Shown piece by piece: positions 60,710 to 64,000 of a stretch of DNA of 64,000 bases. The notes under the pieces are model-generated. The model was not told the origin of the DNA. It worked only from the letters and a program-made list of their open reading frames with translations, and did no database searches. The translations under genes were made by a program, and so were the position numbers. The stretch's first letter is position 1, and each line of letters begins with the position of its first letter. Source of the DNA: Octopus bimaculoides (taxonomy: Eukaryota); contig NC_068984.1 of NCBI RefSeq assembly GCF_001194135.2, positions 126,919,967-126,983,966 on the forward strand, in the 5' to 3' direction.

Positions 60710-60870
60710 TCATTACATGTTGGGCTTCCACACAGTTTCCATCTAGCAAATTCACTCACAAGGCATTGGTTTGCCTGAGGCTATAGTAGAAGACACTTGC
60801 CCAAGGTACCATGTCATGGGACTGAACCTGCAACCATATATTACAAAGTGAGCTTCTTAACCACATGTTC
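60710..60870 (-). mobile_element. SINE family A, 5' half
   Basis: GGCTTCCACACAGTTTCCATC..AGTAGAAGACACTTGCCCAAGG. Confidence 0.75.
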
Positions 60871-60979
60871 ATACCTGCACCTATTAAACATTATAATCAT
60901 CAATTTTAGACAGGAAAAAGAGCAGCATGCTCACTTGAATCATATATCTATCCATTACAACTGTATTACTAATTACACT

Positions 60980-61240
60980 GCAGAGCTATCCTCATCCATA
61001 ATGAAGTGTTGAGTCCTAATTGTGGAGGGTACCTACAGCTTCCACAGGTACTCTCCTCAATTAGAGCTCAGCACTTCTTTATGGATGAGGACAGCTGCAT
61101 AAAGAGGTGCCAAGCTCTAATTGTGGAAGGTACCTGTGGAAGGGGTAGACCCAGGAAGATGTGGAATGAAGTGGTGAGAAAAGATCTTCAGATGCTGGGC
61201 CTCACTGAGGAAATGACAAGGGACCGGGTAATGTGGTGTT
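60980..61240 (+). mobile_element. RTE 3' coding fragment with rearranged 5' junction
   Basis: MDEDSCIKRCQALIVEGTCGRGRPRKMWNEVVRKDL..TEEMTRDR. Confidence 0.85.
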
Positions 61241-61445
61241 GTTAGGGTGTTGGACTCATGACCGTAAGATTGTGGCTTCAATTCCTGGACTGGGCAATGC
61301 GTTGTGTTCCTGAGCAAAACACTTCATTTCACATTGCTCCAGTCCACTCAGCTGGTAAAAATGAGTTATCCTGTGATGGACCAGCATCCCATTGAAGGAG
61401 GAATATATACAGCAGAGAAACCAGGAAACCAGCCTTAGGCTCCTT
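61241..61445 (+). mobile_element. SINE family B, 5'-clipped, abutting the RTE fragment
   Basis: GTTAGGGTGTTGGACTCATGACCG..TGAGCAAAACACTTCATTTCACATTGCTCCAG. Confidence 0.8.
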
Positions 61446-61462
61446 ATTAAATAATGTGAACA

Positions 61463-61622
61463 GGTGCAGGAGTGGCTGTGTGGTAAGATGCTTGCTTCCC
61501 AGCCTCATGGTTCCAGGTTCAGTCCCACCGAATGGCACCTTGGGCAAGTGTCTTCTGCTATAGCCTCGGGCCGACCAAAGCCTTCTGAGTGGATTTGGTA
61601 GACTGAAACTGAAAGAAGCCCG

Positions 61623-61704
<82 letters not shown>

Positions 61705-61900
61705 ACATTTGTGTGTCTGTCTGTGTTTGTCCCCGCCCCGCCACCATCGGTTGACAACTGATGTTGGTGCTAAAGAGACTGATAGAATAAGTACGAGGCT
61801 TTACAAAGAATAAGTCTTGAAGTTGATATGTTCGAGTAAAGGCAGTGCTCCAGCATGGCCACAGTCAAATGGCTGAAACAAGTAAAAGAATAAAAGAATA
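61463..61900 (+). mobile_element. Full-length SINE family A with expanded internal (TA)n
   Basis: GGTGCAGGAGTGGCTGTGTGG head through GGCTGAAACAAGTAAAAGAATAAAAGAATA tail. Confidence 0.9.
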
Positions 61901-63661
61901 ACCACTAACAAGCACAGTGGAAATAATACTTGTAAACACATAGTATACACAATGCTATCTGTGACTGCACAGTGAACTAGATTGATAGCCATGGGAATTT
62001 TAAATTCTCCTTCATAATTCATCTGGATCAATTGATGTGCTGGACCATTAGCTGCTGGAAAATTGATGGTGTACTTGTATGTAATGAATATTTGTCTAAC
62101 ACCTTGTTTTTTGCTCAGAACACCATGCAGTGGGATGGAACTCAAAACCTCATGGTTGTGAGTAAACTTCATAACCACACAACCATAGTTGTGTCTAATA
62201 TTTAACAAACCCAATGTAAGGAAAAGCATGGTTGCAAAGAATATTGAAAGTTAAGGGGATAGTCTTGTGTTTCTATTTTTCTATTTTTTTTTTTTTCGTA
62301 GTTATCAGCTGCCAATAGAATCCAAGAAAGTGAGTTGGATGATAAAAAAGGAAAAAAGAAATATTTTAATCATTGATACGATGTGCAGTCATCTATTTAA
62401 TGAAATACCGCTAACTAAAGAGCTAAAATGGAAATACAGACTGGAAATAAATTCTAAAGCCCATTTATGTACACACACATACACACATGTATGTGTGTAT
62501 GAAGGAAAAAATCTTTGCTGCAGCAATTGTAAAGTTTCTGATTTATATAACCAACTTGTCTGGAAATTTCTTTTGTACAGCAGCAATGGAGGAATTGCTA
62601 AGTATGGTGTTAGTGTAGAGCTTTTGATATATTCCTGGTCTTTTACAAGCTAAATTGCTTAAATAAATTGTTATTTTATGAGTCTAGATATTCACTGACA
62701 CTTGGTGTGTAAAGAAGTGACAGATTCAAAGGTGAGAGGAAATAAATAGAGAAACATGTATCTGACATTCCAAAAGAAATGGTCCAATGCTGCAGCTGTT
62801 AGGAGACAATAAAGAAAATATTCTGAAGTTGAATAAAGACAGGGAGAAGGAAGAAGGGAAAGAAGAGAGACTTGTATGGATGACTAAAGCTTAAGAAACC
62901 CCTAGCTGCATTCATTTACATAAATGACCATAGTCTGAATGAAGCTGGATTTTTTGTGACAGAAAAAAAAAAAAATTAATTGCCATAAATGTTAATGTCA
63001 CATGACAATGGCTAATGGGGGGGGGGAGACTAGTCAGTTGGAACAAAGATGAGCAAAGTTAATGGTAAACTGGACTGTTGTCATCAGATTGATTACACAA
63101 CTTCATCACATCTAAAGAAGATTATATTCTTTTACAGAAGAAAACTGTATATTTGAATATATATGCTTGATTGCATACATTTGTTGTGTGTGTATCATGA
63201 GTGTCACTTTAACGTTCACTTCTCTATACTCACATGAGCCAGATGGAATTTGTTGAGGCAGATTTTCTACAGCCAAATGCTCTTCCTATCACCAACCATC
63301 ACCTGTTTCTAAGTAAGGTAATATTTTTCTCCATGATCAGACATGTTTTCATGGCAGATTGGAAATGAAGAACCCTGCTTGCATAATGGTGACACTTGTT
63401 TACAACGATCACACAGTGTCAAGGCATGGAGACAGTAACACCCATATATACATACACATGCATTCATATATAAGAAAAGAAACAAATAATGGGTTTAATG
63501 CATTTATTTCATTTGTGCAATGTAGACTTACACCTGTTTCTGATACACATTTTGGGTGTGTCCATGGTTCAGTTTACCCAATTGGTCTATTGATCGATTG
63601 AAAATAGTGAATGACCATTAAAAATGCTGTCATCTTTAGAGCTCAGCATGTTCAGTGTATA

Positions 63662-63935
63662 TCTATATATATAAAAATGAGAATGTTTGTCTGTCTGTCT
63701 GACTGTCTGTCTGTCTGACTGTCTGTCTGTCTGTGTGAATCCCTAAAACTCGAGAACTACGCAACCAATTTCATTCAAATTTTACACATGCCTTACTTAG
63801 GGTTCCAGTTGTGTTTTAGTCAAAAAAAATTTTAACTTCTTGCAGAGTTCGAGCCCACAGCAACATAATATCTCCTCCACTATTTAAGTATTACGTGTCA
63901 AAAGTGAAACAAAAACACTCATGTCAAATACTTTC
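63662..63935 (+). mobile_element. Helitron-like 5' end (non-autonomous type)
   Basis: A|TC start, TCTATATATATAAAAATGAGAATG, then a (CTGT)n microsatellite and a CpG-retaining body; 5' TC plus early GTCT-type repeat is typical of non-autonomous Helitrons. Confidence 0.65.
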
Positions 63936-64000
63936 AGAGAGAGAGAGAAAGAGAGAAAGAGAGAAAGAGAGAGAAAGAGATGTATATGTATACATATACA

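Overview
AT-rich, microsatellite-dense animal genomic DNA from a gapped draft assembly. N gaps lie at 816-1567, 6791-7632, 13890-14465, 24907-24916, 26636-26981, 30840-31078, 34041-34790, 39151-39552, 40593-40663, 42800-42898 and 58311-59068, almost all flanked by simple repeats. The repeat families resemble Octopus/coleoid cephalopod DNA; this is recognition-based inference, not verified by search. Only one intact host gene is supportable: an intronless 307-aa class A GPCR (8988-9911, +). The rest is a transposable-element landscape: more than 30 tRNA-derived SINE copies with interchangeable heads and tails, RTE LINE fragments, three Penelope-like (PLE) fragments, mariner, DD37D/maT, pogo and hAT remnants, Helitron pieces, a decayed Gypsy pol absent from the ORF track, and an R4/NeSL-like remnant. 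The most notable structures are: (1) a 208-bp element whose 33-bp terminal inverted repeats enclose about 20 telomere-like TTAGGG units; (2) a 138-bp hairpin whose arms each carry a minimal hammerhead-ribozyme motif; (3) a decayed tRNA-Asp fused in place of the usual SINE head; (4) a multi-inversion junction at the 5' end of an RTE fragment; (5) unexplained locally duplicated sequence families. No CRISPR array, rRNA or functional tRNA is supported. SINE labels A, B and C are my working names, and most TE boundaries are approximate to about 10-20 bp.
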